The notes beneath the pieces are model-generated. The model was not told the DNA's origin. It saw nothing but the letters and a program-made list of their open reading frames with translations, and ran no database searches. The position numbers and the translations under genes were made by a program. 64,000 nucleotides of DNA from positions 301,431 through 365,430 of the forward strand of contig JAJFGB010000001.1 of assembly GCA_021776335.1 (NCBI GenBank). Reading direction: 5' to 3'. The DNA is from Hyphococcus sp. (GTDB taxonomy: Bacteria > Pseudomonadota > Alphaproteobacteria > Caulobacterales > Parvularculaceae). Positions 46,278-55,227 of this stretch are shown piece by piece (the stretch's first letter is position 1; the number at the start of each line of letters is the position of its first letter).

Positions 46278-46736
46278 ATGCGACGGCGAAATCTTTGGAT
46301 TGCGATTGTAGCAGCTGTTGTTGGCGCCGGCATAATCGGCTTGGCGGGTCCTTCACTGTATTGGGGGGTTGTGTTTTGGGACGCTAATCGCGAGGCCGAG
46401 GCGGAGATGGGTCCCCATGTGCGCGAACTTCGTGATGAGATTCAAGAAAACGTAACAACCGGGCGATGGGGCGAACGCGTTTCGATCGAACCAAAACTGA
46501 TTGTAGAAAGCCTGGAGCGAGGCGCTGCTGAAGCGAAATTGCAGGACTTAAAATTCGAAAAGCCGGACGAGACCTTTCGACAACCTTCGCCACCGATCGT
46601 AAAGAATGTCGAGACCTACAGACAATTCCTTGGCGGGTTGCCATGCAACACGGAATTACAGCTGTATTTACGATTCGACAAAGACGATCGCCTTATCGAG
46701 GCAAGCGGCGCGATATTTGAAGCCGGATGCCTGTAG
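46278..46736 (+). CDS. Hypothetical exported/membrane-anchored protein
   Basis: Basic N-terminus plus hydrophobic segment; no recognised motif. Confidence 0.55.
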   Translation: MRRRNLWIAIVAAVVGAGIIGLAGPSLYWGVVFWDANREAEAEMGPHVRELRDEIQENVTTGRWGERVSIEPKLIVESLERGAAEAKLQDLKFEKPDETFRQPSPPIVKNVETYRQFLGGLPCNTELQLYLRFDKDDRLIEASGAIFEAGCL

Positions 46737-46843
46737 TTTGGGCGCCTATTGAGCGTCCCTTACGCCCCCTCAAATAAAACTGCGTTGAATTAAAGCGTTG
46801 TGCTACCTACGTTCCGCTGCTGACAATTGAACGGAACCAATCA

Positions 46844-47722
46844 ATGACTGATGCAACAGCCTACACGCCGCCGAAAATATGGAAATGGGACGCTGAAAAT
46901 GGCGGCGCTTTTGCCAATATTAACCGGCCCATCGCAGGCGCAACCCATGAAAAAGTACTGCCGGTGGGCAAGCATCCGCTTCAGCTCTATTCCCTCGCGA
47001 CGCCCAACGGCGTGAAGATCACCATCATGCTGGAGGAGTTACTGGCGCGCGGATTTTCAGGCGCTGAATATGACGCCCATTTGATCAGGATTGGCGATGG
47101 CGACCAGTTCAGCAGTGGTTTTGTCGGTGTGAATCCGAACTCAAAAATTCCGGCGCTGATGGATCATTCGACAATAGCGCCGACACGCGTTTTTGAATCA
47201 GGCGCGATCCTTCTCTATCTTGCGGAAAAGTTCGGCGCCTTTCTGCCGTCTGAGTCTAATAATCGAACGGAATGTCTTTCTTGGTTGTTTTGGCTGATGG
47301 GCAGTGCGCCTTATCTCGGCGGCGGCTTTGGTCATTTCTATAGCTATGCGCCGGAGAAATTTGAGTATCCGATTAATCGTTTTGCCATGGAGGTCAAACG
47401 CCAGCTTGATGTGCTCGACCGTCGTCTGGCGGATAATCAATATATCAGCGGCGCCGATTATACGATCGCCGATATGGCGATCTGGCCGTGGTACGCTGGC
47501 GTTGTCTTGAACAAGGTTTATGAAGCCGCAGAGTTCCTGCAGACCCATGAATACAAACACCTCAATCGATGGGTGCAGGAAGTTGCAGAACGGGACGCGG
47601 TCAAACGCGGACGTATGGTGAACCGAACCTGGGGCCCGCTCGAAGAGCAACTCCATGAACGCCATGATGCGAGCGACTTTACTGAAAGAACGCAGGACAA
47701 ACTGGCGCCGGAAGAGGCATAA
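46844..47722 (+). CDS. yghU: Glutathione-dependent disulfide-bond oxidoreductase
   Basis: YTPPKIWKW, LPVGKHPLQLYSLATPNG.K, VNPNSKIPAL, LHERHDASDF. Confidence 0.93.
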   Translation: MTDATAYTPPKIWKWDAENGGAFANINRPIAGATHEKVLPVGKHPLQLYSLATPNGVKITIMLEELLARGFSGAEYDAHLIRIGDGDQFSSGFVGVNPNSKIPALMDHSTIAPTRVFESGAILLYLAEKFGAFLPSESNNRTECLSWLFWLMGSAPYLGGGFGHFYSYAPEKFEYPINRFAMEVKRQLDVLDRRLADNQYISGADYTIADMAIWPWYAGVVLNKVYEAAEFLQTHEYKHLNRWVQEVAERDAVKRGRMVNRTWGPLEEQLHERHDASDFTERTQDKLAPEEA

Positions 47723-47757
47723 CAAACGAAGCCTGTTACCTATTCACCGGAGACGTC

Positions 47758-48300
47758 ATGGACATTCGCATCGTAACGCCTGCGGATAGCGCGTCTGTTG
47801 CGGAGATCTATGCACCCATCGTCCGTGATAGTTTTATCTCATTTGAGCGCGAGCCGCCTGACGCCCAGGAAATTGCGGAGAGAATTGAAAAGACGCTGAT
47901 CAGCCACCCGTGGCTGGTGGCGGAGGAGGGGGAGGCTGTCCTCGGCTATGCATATGCAAACCAACACCGAACGCGTCACGCCTATCAGTGGTCCTGCGAC
48001 GTCAGCGTCTATGTGCGCGAGAAGGCGCAAAGGCGTGGTATTGGGCGGCGTCTTTATGAGCGCCTCTTTACACTCTTAAAACAACAGGGTTTTGGAAAAG
48101 CCTATGCGGGGATAGCACTGCCAAACCCTGGCAGTGTTCACTTGCACGAAAGCGTTGGCTTTGAACCGGTCGGCATATATCGTGGTGTTGGGTTTAAAAA
48201 AGGCTCATGGCGCGACGTTGGATGGTGGGCGCGTCCCATACAAGACCTCGGCGTCGAACCCGCCAGCCCGATATTGTTTCGCAATTGCCCGAAAGCGTGA
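47758..48300 (+). CDS. GNAT N-acetyltransferase (phosphinothricin/ArsN1-like)
   Basis: ISFEREPP, HPWLVAE, YQWSCDVSVYV, AGIALPNPGSVHLHESVGF, WRDVGWW. Confidence 0.88.
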   Translation: MDIRIVTPADSASVAEIYAPIVRDSFISFEREPPDAQEIAERIEKTLISHPWLVAEEGEAVLGYAYANQHRTRHAYQWSCDVSVYVREKAQRRGIGRRLYERLFTLLKQQGFGKAYAGIALPNPGSVHLHESVGFEPVGIYRGVGFKKGSWRDVGWWARPIQDLGVEPASPILFRNCPKA

Positions 48301-48365
48301 GATGCGGTTGACCGTGACAGTATAATGGGCGGGGAAGCGCCCATAAGATTTCGGAAGCACAACCA

Positions 48366-48587
48366 ATGAGCGAACCGCCTTTTACGCCAATATTGCTATC
48401 CACAATTACGTGTCCCGAATGCGGCCATGCTTGCCTTGATACGATGCCGACCGATGCCTGCCAGTATTTTTACGACTGCAAGGGGTGTGGCGCCGTATTG
48501 AAACCTGAGGCGGGCGACTGCTGTGTTTATTGTTCATATGGCGACGTGAAATGCCCGCCAATTCAATCCGGTGATTGTTGTTCTTGA
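48366..48587 (+). CDS. GDCCVxC domain-containing small Cys-rich protein
   Basis: ITCPECGH..MPTDACQYFYDCKGCG..LKP..GDCCVYCSYG..KCPPIQ. Confidence 0.88.
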   Translation: MSEPPFTPILLSTITCPECGHACLDTMPTDACQYFYDCKGCGAVLKPEAGDCCVYCSYGDVKCPPIQSGDCCS

Positions 48588-48647
48588 ATGAAGTTGGAGG
48601 ATCTGTTTTCGTCGGCGTCAGCACGACATTCAGCTGGCATAAAGTTT

Positions 48648-49286
48648 CTAAGCCGCCAGCAGGCCGTCTATGGCAACACGCACCAAATCATCCGGTGACG
48701 ACCACGGATAGCCGCTGATGGTGATGTGGTTATGGGCAATGCCGTGCAGCACACAGATAAGGAGATCGAGCTTCAGTTTTAACTGATCCTGATCGAGACC
48801 GTGTTTGCTGGCATTCGACAAAGCGTCGCCGAAAATCATAAAGCGCGCGATGATATCGGGATTATCCAGGAAAATACTGACTTCCGGTTGGGTAACGCCT
48901 TCCGCCATAAAAACCAGGCGATAGTGATCGGTGTGCTGCAGCCAATATTGTACATAGGCCGTTGAAAGTGTCGTCAGATATTTGGCGGGGTCTTTTTCCG
49001 GGTGCAGCGCATCAAGCGCACGGAACAAGTCATCGAATACGCTTCCCCATAGGGTCTGCAGCACGTCTAACTTGCCGCCGTAATAATTATAAAGCGTCAT
49101 CGGCGTACAGCCGATCTCTTGCGCCAACCGTCTCATAGAGATTTCTGCATAGCCCTCTTCGTTAAAAAGCTGCTGGGCGGTTTTCGCGATCAGCGCTTTC
49201 ATCTCCTCTTTTTTTGCGTCGGACATGGCGGGCCGTCCTCTGCGCGGGGCCTTGGCGCCCGTTTTCTTAGACATTGCCGGGTTCAT
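48648..49286 (-). CDS. TetR/AcrR family regulator
   Basis: AQQLFNEEGYAEISMRRLAQEIGCTPMTLYNYY. Confidence 0.92.
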   Translation of the reverse strand: MNPAMSKKTGAKAPRRGRPAMSDAKKEEMKALIAKTAQQLFNEEGYAEISMRRLAQEIGCTPMTLYNYYGGKLDVLQTLWGSVFDDLFRALDALHPEKDPAKYLTTLSTAYVQYWLQHTDHYRLVFMAEGVTQPEVSIFLDNPDIIARFMIFGDALSNASKHGLDQDQLKLKLDLLICVLHGIAHNHITISGYPWSSPDDLVRVAIDGLLAA

Positions 49287-49311
49287 TTCTCCCGTCCTTA
49301 AAAGGCGGGGT

Positions 49312-49348
49312 TTGACATCATTGAGCTATTTAAATATACGCGTATAAT
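49312..49348 (+). promoter_or_regulatory. Probable TetR operator/promoter
   Basis: Perfect 12-bp palindrome TATACGCGTATA 49335-49346, starting 17 bp after TTGACA 49312-49317. Confidence 0.6.
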
Positions 49349-49352
49349 ATAT

Positions 49353-49805
49353 ATGGAGTTCCCCATGGGTTTCAAGCTGTTTTTCTTTGTTCTGATCATG
49401 GCGCCGACCTCAGTATTCGCCGCGGCCCATGACGTTTATGGGCTCTGGCTGACCGAGGCGAGGGACGGGCATGTGGAGATCAGTGACGCCGGAGACGGCA
49501 CACCGATTGGCACGCTGGTCTGGGTCGATCCGCAATCGACGGACACGCAACAAGACGCGAGAAATCTTGATGAAGCGCTTCGCTCGCGACCGCTGGTTGG
49601 CGTTCCCATCGTCTGGGGTTTCGTTAAAGGAAAATCCGGTTGGCGGCGGGGCCATATTTATAATCCGGAAGATGGCAAGACCTTCAGGTCAAGTATGGCG
49701 TTACAGGATGACGGCTCTTTAAAGGTCAAAGGCTGCCTCGGGCCCTTCTGCAGAACAAATTTTTGGACGCCGGTTCGCTCGTCCAGCAAAGGCGGGCAGC
49801 AATGA
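49353..49805 (+). CDS. DUF2147 domain protein
   Basis: GLWLTE, WRRGHIYNPEDGKTF, LKVKGCLGPFCRTNFW. Confidence 0.88.
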   Translation: MEFPMGFKLFFFVLIMAPTSVFAAAHDVYGLWLTEARDGHVEISDAGDGTPIGTLVWVDPQSTDTQQDARNLDEALRSRPLVGVPIVWGFVKGKSGWRRGHIYNPEDGKTFRSSMALQDDGSLKVKGCLGPFCRTNFWTPVRSSSKGGQQ

Positions 49806-50224
49806 TCGATATTATTTTAAGGGTAATCCTTGCACTGACCGGCGCTGCGATTATCTGGCTCGGGTTGAATGTCGCTCTTGGCGGCATTGTAACGCTTGGA
49901 TGGCAAGGGCCGATTGATTTTCTGGAGGTAACTGATCGCGCCGCATTTGCCGCTCAGGATAGTCATGTGCGTTTTCTCGGCGGCGTGTGGCTTGGGGCAG
50001 GGCTGTTCATGCTGGCAGGAAGTATCTTCCTGAAGCAATTGCGCGGCGTTTTGATGGCAATCATCGCCATGATTGTTGTCGGCGGGCTTGCGCGGATAGC
50101 AGCAAATGATCCTGGCCTGCTTCTTGGGCCCCAGATTGCGCCCTCTTTACTCGCAGAGCTTATCCTTTTCCTCGCCCTCGGTTTGTGGATTCATCGTATT
50201 GCAGGAAAGTCAGATAATGCTTGA
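49802..50224 (+). CDS. DUF4345-like membrane protein
   Basis: DSHVRFLGGVWLG, GGLAR; ATGA overlap with the upstream gene. Confidence 0.8.
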   Translation: MIDIILRVILALTGAAIIWLGLNVALGGIVTLGWQGPIDFLEVTDRAAFAAQDSHVRFLGGVWLGAGLFMLAGSIFLKQLRGVLMAIIAMIVVGGLARIAANDPGLLLGPQIAPSLLAELILFLALGLWIHRIAGKSDNA

Positions 50225-50651
50225 ATGGCTCGGCCCCTTATCGACGATTATCATCGGACTCTATGCCGGCAGTCTCCTGACGGAAGGCGCAATCCTTGTA
50301 CCTTACTGGCGAAAAATGCCGGCGGAGGAATTTTTCAGATTGCACAAAGATGTCGGGCCGAGCTTGTTTCGCTATTTTGCACCGCTGACTTCTGCTGCGG
50401 TTGTTCTCGCCGTGCTGGTGGCGGTTTTGGCGCCCGACGGCATGATGCTGCGCTGGATCGCCGCTGCCCTATGCCTCTCAGCGCTGGGTATTTTCTTTTT
50501 ATACTTTCAAAAGGCGAATGCCGGTTTTGCAAATCACAGCCTTTCAAGCGACGCGCTAAAAATTGAGCTGGGCCGGTGGGCTGCGTGGCATCATTTAAGG
50601 ACGGTCCTCATCATCGGCGCCTTTGGTTGCTCTACATTCGCAGGTATGTGA
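50217..50651 (+). CDS. DUF1772/anthrone oxygenase-like membrane protein
   Basis: GLYAG..LVPYWR..N..RWAAWHHLRT. Confidence 0.72.
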   Translation: MLEWLGPLSTIIIGLYAGSLLTEGAILVPYWRKMPAEEFFRLHKDVGPSLFRYFAPLTSAAVVLAVLVAVLAPDGMMLRWIAAALCLSALGIFFLYFQKANAGFANHSLSSDALKIELGRWAAWHHLRTVLIIGAFGCSTFAGM

Positions 50652-50677
50652 CGCTGTCTCCGCATCTCATTCAGCCA

Positions 50678-51139
50678 TCATAAATTCGGCTTGATGATGA
50701 TCTTTGACAACGGCCGGCCGGGATCGCTCTTTTCGATGAGGCCGACTTTCAACTGCCGTTTTGTTTCTGCGTCCAGTATCTTAATCGCGGGCTTTTTTTG
50801 TCTTTCATATTTGTCGCCCCATTGCGCCAGCGCCAGCAAAGCAAGGCCCAGCTCTTTGCCTGCGATTGTCAGGACATATGCATAACGGGTTCTGGCGCCT
50901 TCTTCGCGATAGGGTTCGCGCTCTAATATGCCGTGCTCCACAAGCCGCTTCAGTCGTGACGTCAGCACCGAACGTGGAATATTGATGTCATCGCGAATAT
51001 CGTCATAACGCTTCACGCCGTAAAACACCTCCCGGATGATCAAGAGCGACCATCGATCTCCGATGATGTCGGCGGCGGCGACGGTTCCGCATTGATCCAG
51101 CGGAATGGGCGAACGGATGCGTCTATCTGAGTTTGACAT
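50678..51139 (-). CDS. HxlR-family winged-helix regulator
   Basis: CGTVAAADIIGDRWSLLIIRE..LTSRLKRLV..YVLT..GKEL. Confidence 0.9.
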   Translation of the reverse strand: MSNSDRRIRSPIPLDQCGTVAAADIIGDRWSLLIIREVFYGVKRYDDIRDDINIPRSVLTSRLKRLVEHGILEREPYREEGARTRYAYVLTIAGKELGLALLALAQWGDKYERQKKPAIKILDAETKRQLKVGLIEKSDPGRPLSKIIIKPNL

Positions 51140-51190
51140 TCGGTTTCAGCTATCCTATCAGAAGCTAAGTTCGAAATAAGGTATCAGCTT

Positions 51191-51577
51191 ATGACCCTAT
51201 TGGCACTCTTATTTTCTGTCAAAATCGCGGTGACCCTTCCATTTGTCGCATTGCCGTTTTTGTTCATGCAAAAGGCGCGGCTGGGCGCGGTGATGTCGGT
51301 TGACGCGCATAAAACGACGTTTTTTCGTCTCTATGGCGTTGCCATGATAGCGCTGCTCACCGGTTATGGCGGGGGCATCTGGCTGCTCTTCAACAACATC
51401 TTTCCTTGGGGTGTCCTGATGATGGGCGTTGTCTCCAATGGCGGCGCATCTTTTATACTTTTCAAAACAGGGGCGGCGTCCCGCAACAAATTTCTCACCG
51501 GGTTTTTTATCGCTGTGACGCTGGGTTTGCTTATCGCCGCCGCGCGCCCCGATCTCGCGATCATCAAAATCTTTTAG
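51191..51577 (+). CDS. Hypothetical four-TM membrane protein
   Basis: Hydrophobic profile; divergent from the HxlR gene. Confidence 0.6.
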   Translation: MTLLALLFSVKIAVTLPFVALPFLFMQKARLGAVMSVDAHKTTFFRLYGVAMIALLTGYGGGIWLLFNNIFPWGVLMMGVVSNGGASFILFKTGAASRNKFLTGFFIAVTLGLLIAAARPDLAIIKIF

Positions 51578-51642
51578 CGCGAGCGGCCATTGATTTCGGC
51601 TGAGCAGCGGTCATTTGAAACCTTGAACAGGAGAATCATTCG

Positions 51643-52455
51643 ATGCCAACACGCGATATGAACAAAGATGACCGGCTTGAGGATTTCACACAACGCGACA
51701 TCACGCTGGATGGCGTGACCAAGGTCGTGCATGTGATGGGCTCGGGACCGGCCGTGATCGTGATGACAGAGATGCCGGGGATCAGCCCTCATGTTGCGCG
51801 TTTTGCGCGCTGGGTTCGCGATGCCGGCTTTACGGTTTATATGCCTTCGCTGTTTGGCAGGGACGGCGCCGTAGCGCTTGTGGAAGACGGCGTGAGGGTC
51901 TTTCAGCGGGCATGTGTCAGCGCTGAGTTTCGCGCGCTTGAGGCAAACAGCTCGAGCCCCGTCACCCAATGGCTTCGCGCACTCGCGCGTCTCGCCCATG
52001 AGGAATGCGGCGGACCGGGCGTCGGCGCTATTGGCATGTGCTTTACGGGAAACTTCGCCCTGTCGATGATGCTGGAGCCGTCAGTTCTCGCGCCGGTTCT
52101 GTCACAACCATCGCTTCCCCTGAATGACCCGGGCGGTCTGGAAATCGCACCCGATGAAATCGCGGCGGTGCGCGAGCGGCTGGAGCGGGAAGACCTTACG
52201 GTTCTCGCCTATCGCTTTGAAGGGGACAAGTTCTGTATGGCGCAACGCTTTGCTGCTTATGAGCAAGCACTTGGTGATCGGTTTGAGGGCAACGTGTTGC
52301 CCGACGAAGCGGCGAACGCCGATGTGCCGCCTTTCTTCGCGCCCCATGGCCCCCATAGTGTTGTGACGGCGCACCTCATCAATGAAGAGGGCCAACCAAC
52401 GATCGCTGCGCGCGATGAAATCCTGTCTTTCTTTCAGCGCCGTCTTGCGACTTAG
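51643..52455 (+). CDS. Dienelactone hydrolase family protein
   Basis: EMPGISP, GAIGMCFTG nucleophile Cys, D.FC, HSVVT. Confidence 0.88.
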   Translation: MPTRDMNKDDRLEDFTQRDITLDGVTKVVHVMGSGPAVIVMTEMPGISPHVARFARWVRDAGFTVYMPSLFGRDGAVALVEDGVRVFQRACVSAEFRALEANSSSPVTQWLRALARLAHEECGGPGVGAIGMCFTGNFALSMMLEPSVLAPVLSQPSLPLNDPGGLEIAPDEIAAVRERLEREDLTVLAYRFEGDKFCMAQRFAAYEQALGDRFEGNVLPDEAANADVPPFFAPHGPHSVVTAHLINEEGQPTIAARDEILSFFQRRLAT

Positions 52456-52508
52456 CAGCTATGGCGGATAGCGACCGTCACAAGCTCAAGGAGTTTCACG
52501 GAGTCTGA

Positions 52509-53471
52509 TCACGGTAAGACATCGATGACAACAATCCCGACCTTTTGTTCGGTTCCAACATAGCGATAGGCGTCTGCGATCTCTTGCAGCGGATATCTTC
52601 GGTCGATCACGGCATTGAATTCGCCAGCGTCGATGCGGGCTTTGATGAAATCAACAACAGTCCGGCTGCTTTCAGGCATCGGGAACACGACCCGTCCATT
52701 GCCGGTGATCGACGACCACAATGGCAGAAAAATGTTTTGCCAGTATGGTCCGAGATCGGTGGCGGCGAAAACGCCATCGGGTTTTAAGAGCGGGCGGCAT
52801 TTGAAAAAAGTGGTTTTCCCGACGGCGTCAAAAACAAAATCGAACTGTTCGCCGATTTTGGTAAAATCTTCGACGGTATAGTCAATGATACGATCAGCGC
52901 CGAGGCGTTTTGCAAGGTCAAGATGGGGCGTTGAAACAACTGCGGTCACTTCGGCGCCATAAGATTTCGAAAGCTGTACCGCCGATGTGCCGATAGCGCC
53001 GGAGGCGCCGTAGATCAGAATTTTATGGCCTGGTCCGATTTTGAATTTTTTCAAATTCGTATCCGCATACCATGCACCTTCACAGACGACGACATCGCCA
53101 AAATCCTTGCCTGCCGGCATGGCTGTGATCGGCCCGCCTTCCGGGACACACACATATTCAGCATGGGCGCCAAAGCCGTCCGGCGTCAGGCCAAAAACGC
53201 GATCTCCCGGTGAAAATCTGGTGCAGCCTGACCCGACGGCGTCGATGGTCCCGGCGAAATCCAGACCGAGGATTGTTTTCTTCGGCCGCCATAGGCCGGT
53301 GACAAGCCGCATAAAAAACGGATGCGCTTTCAGCGCGCAGCTATCGGTGCGGCCGACCGTCGTTGCGTGGATTTTGACCCGGACTTCACCACTTTTCGGT
53401 TCTGGTTTGGGCGTCTCGCGGATGTCGAGCACATCCGGCGATCCGTATCGTGTGTTGATGGCTGCCTTCAT
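52509..53471 (-). CDS. NAD(P)-dependent alcohol dehydrogenase / quinone oxidoreductase (MDR family)
   Basis: YGSPDVL, LGLDFAG, GAHAEYVCV, YGASGAIG, VIDRRYPL. Confidence 0.88.
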   Translation of the reverse strand: MKAAINTRYGSPDVLDIRETPKPEPKSGEVRVKIHATTVGRTDSCALKAHPFFMRLVTGLWRPKKTILGLDFAGTIDAVGSGCTRFSPGDRVFGLTPDGFGAHAEYVCVPEGGPITAMPAGKDFGDVVVCEGAWYADTNLKKFKIGPGHKILIYGASGAIGTSAVQLSKSYGAEVTAVVSTPHLDLAKRLGADRIIDYTVEDFTKIGEQFDFVFDAVGKTTFFKCRPLLKPDGVFAATDLGPYWQNIFLPLWSSITGNGRVVFPMPESSRTVVDFIKARIDAGEFNAVIDRRYPLQEIADAYRYVGTEQKVGIVVIDVLP

Positions 53472-53489
53472 CGCTTCACAGACATAAGA

Positions 53490-53888
53490 TTAACCGGATT
53501 TGCTGAGGTTAAAAAGAAACGGGATCGGCCAGAGCATTAAAAACAAATTTGGAATCCACCATGTCACATCAAAATCTTGCACAATCAACCAATAGCTGAT
53601 GGCCATCAGCCCTGCGCATGTGGTCAAAGTCATCGACACCGCCGCCCAGATCTTCCAGGCGGGATTACCGCGTCGTTCAAGACGCAGGGCCCAAAGTCCG
53701 GTGAACGACAACAGCAAATCCAGCGGGAGGAACGACCAGTTCCAGGCCATAACCCGCGGATCATGGTAGTCTTTAAAAAGCCACTCTCCGGGAAGGGCGA
53801 TGATCGACAGCGCCATGAGTGCGGTGATGCTCCAATAAAGCAGCATACCGATATCGGTGGCGAGCATGAGAAAGCGTCTGATCATCAA
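53490..53888 (-). CDS. YvaD/DUF5360-like membrane protein
   Basis: TDIGMLLYW, WNWSFLPLDL, CAGLMAISYW, WWIPNL. Confidence 0.75.
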   Translation of the reverse strand: MMIRRFLMLATDIGMLLYWSITALMALSIIALPGEWLFKDYHDPRVMAWNWSFLPLDLLLSFTGLWALRLERRGNPAWKIWAAVSMTLTTCAGLMAISYWLIVQDFDVTWWIPNLFLMLWPIPFLFNLSKSG

Positions 53889-53948
53889 GAGAACGTATTG
53901 ACGTTTTCCGTCGATGTCACGAAACCGATATCGGGCAGTGCGTGAAAT

Positions 53949-55118
53949 TTATTCCGCTGAGCCGCCTTCGAGGAGGGTTTCCATCATTTCCTCAGCAAAT
54001 ATTTTAGCGGAAGTTCTAATTAACGTGCGATCCGTATGATCCCCGAGCTCGTAGGTGATGCCCGGCGCGCCGAAGCGGCCAAAGATATAGTTTTTTGACG
54101 TCGCGAGGTCGGAATGCGGTCGTAACGCGTGTTCATATTCGTAACCTTTGAGACGCTCATTAGCGCCAGCGAACCAGTTTAAAGTAAAGCCCGGTGGATT
54201 CGTCACTTCATCATTGGACTGCGTATAAAAAACGTTTCTGTTCGTTGAATGAAAATCGAGCATCAATCTGAATTGGCTGTTCTCGTCAGCGTCGATATCA
54301 TCTAGGAGCTTTTTGACCGCCTGTGTTTCGGGCTGGGTGAATGGGCCCCAGTCGCGATTAAGATCAACGCCGTTCATATTGTGCCGCCAGTGACCATTGG
54401 CGACACCGTCAGGGTTCATCAAAGGCACAGCGATGATATGAAACCGTGCTCTGAATTTTTGGGCAAGCGCGGTATCGCCAAAAACTGTCTCGAGAAATGG
54501 CAGCATTGCAAAGGCGCCTGTAAGCTCCGGCGGGTGCTGACGTCCAACAAAAAGCACAAATTCTTTTTCGGGGCCCTGGGTCTGGGGCGCGCTCATGAGG
54601 GCTCTGATAGGACGGCCCTCAACGGATTCGCCGATGGTTTGGAGGTTGAGATTGGCTTTTTCAGCAATGTTGCCTGACCAGTTTTCGTAACCGCCGGTTA
54701 AAAGCAGTTCCTGCCCGGCAATGATGAACGGGTCCGTCTCCATTGCGAGGCGCATCGTGACCCGCTTACCGCGCCGCCTTTCGCGAATACGATTTGGATC
54801 GATCGGGCGCCAATTCCTGACGTCGCTGCTGCGCTTGGGCCAGTAGCGGTGCTTGGCGTCGGAATAGCGTATGATGATTTTGAGATCGCCCGTCTGTTTT
54901 GGAGTGACGCGAAATGCGTACCAGGGGCTTGGATTGATGGGTTTGTTTTCAGGATCAATTCTGACAATGAAATTTTTGCGCGTTGCTTCGCATGATGACA
55001 TCCGGGCGCCTTCAAAGTCAGCGTCGAGAATGGCCAGGGCGTTTTCACATTTTTCATCTTCTTGCGCATGCGCGGCAAACCCTGCGAACGCGAAAAAAAG
55101 CAATAGCAATATGCGCAT
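53949..55118 (-). CDS. M14 zinc carboxypeptidase, exported
   Basis: Signal peptide; GRQHPPE, NPDG, DLNRDW, DFHST, TYELG. Confidence 0.9.
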   Translation of the reverse strand: MRILLLLFFAFAGFAAHAQEDEKCENALAILDADFEGARMSSCEATRKNFIVRIDPENKPINPSPWYAFRVTPKQTGDLKIIIRYSDAKHRYWPKRSSDVRNWRPIDPNRIRERRRGKRVTMRLAMETDPFIIAGQELLLTGGYENWSGNIAEKANLNLQTIGESVEGRPIRALMSAPQTQGPEKEFVLFVGRQHPPELTGAFAMLPFLETVFGDTALAQKFRARFHIIAVPLMNPDGVANGHWRHNMNGVDLNRDWGPFTQPETQAVKKLLDDIDADENSQFRLMLDFHSTNRNVFYTQSNDEVTNPPGFTLNWFAGANERLKGYEYEHALRPHSDLATSKNYIFGRFGAPGITYELGDHTDRTLIRTSAKIFAEEMMETLLEGGSAE

Positions 55119-55182
55119 AATCTATACGCCTTTCCGAACGTTAGGCGATTAACTGACTTCGTGATCTCTTGAACGCAACAAC

Positions 55183-55216
55183 AAAAAGGGCGGCCGATTT
55201 CCCGGCCGCCCTTTTT
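55183..55216. terminator. Rho-independent terminator (A/T tails on both sides) downstream of the TBDR
   Basis: AAAAAGGGCGGCCG-ATTTCC-CGGCCGCCCTTTTT. Confidence 0.88.
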
Positions 55217-55227
55217 GGTACTCGTCA

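Noticed and set aside
48366-48587. Selenoprotein
   Set aside because: All positions of the GDCCVYC motif are Cys codons; there is no in-frame TGA before the normal end.
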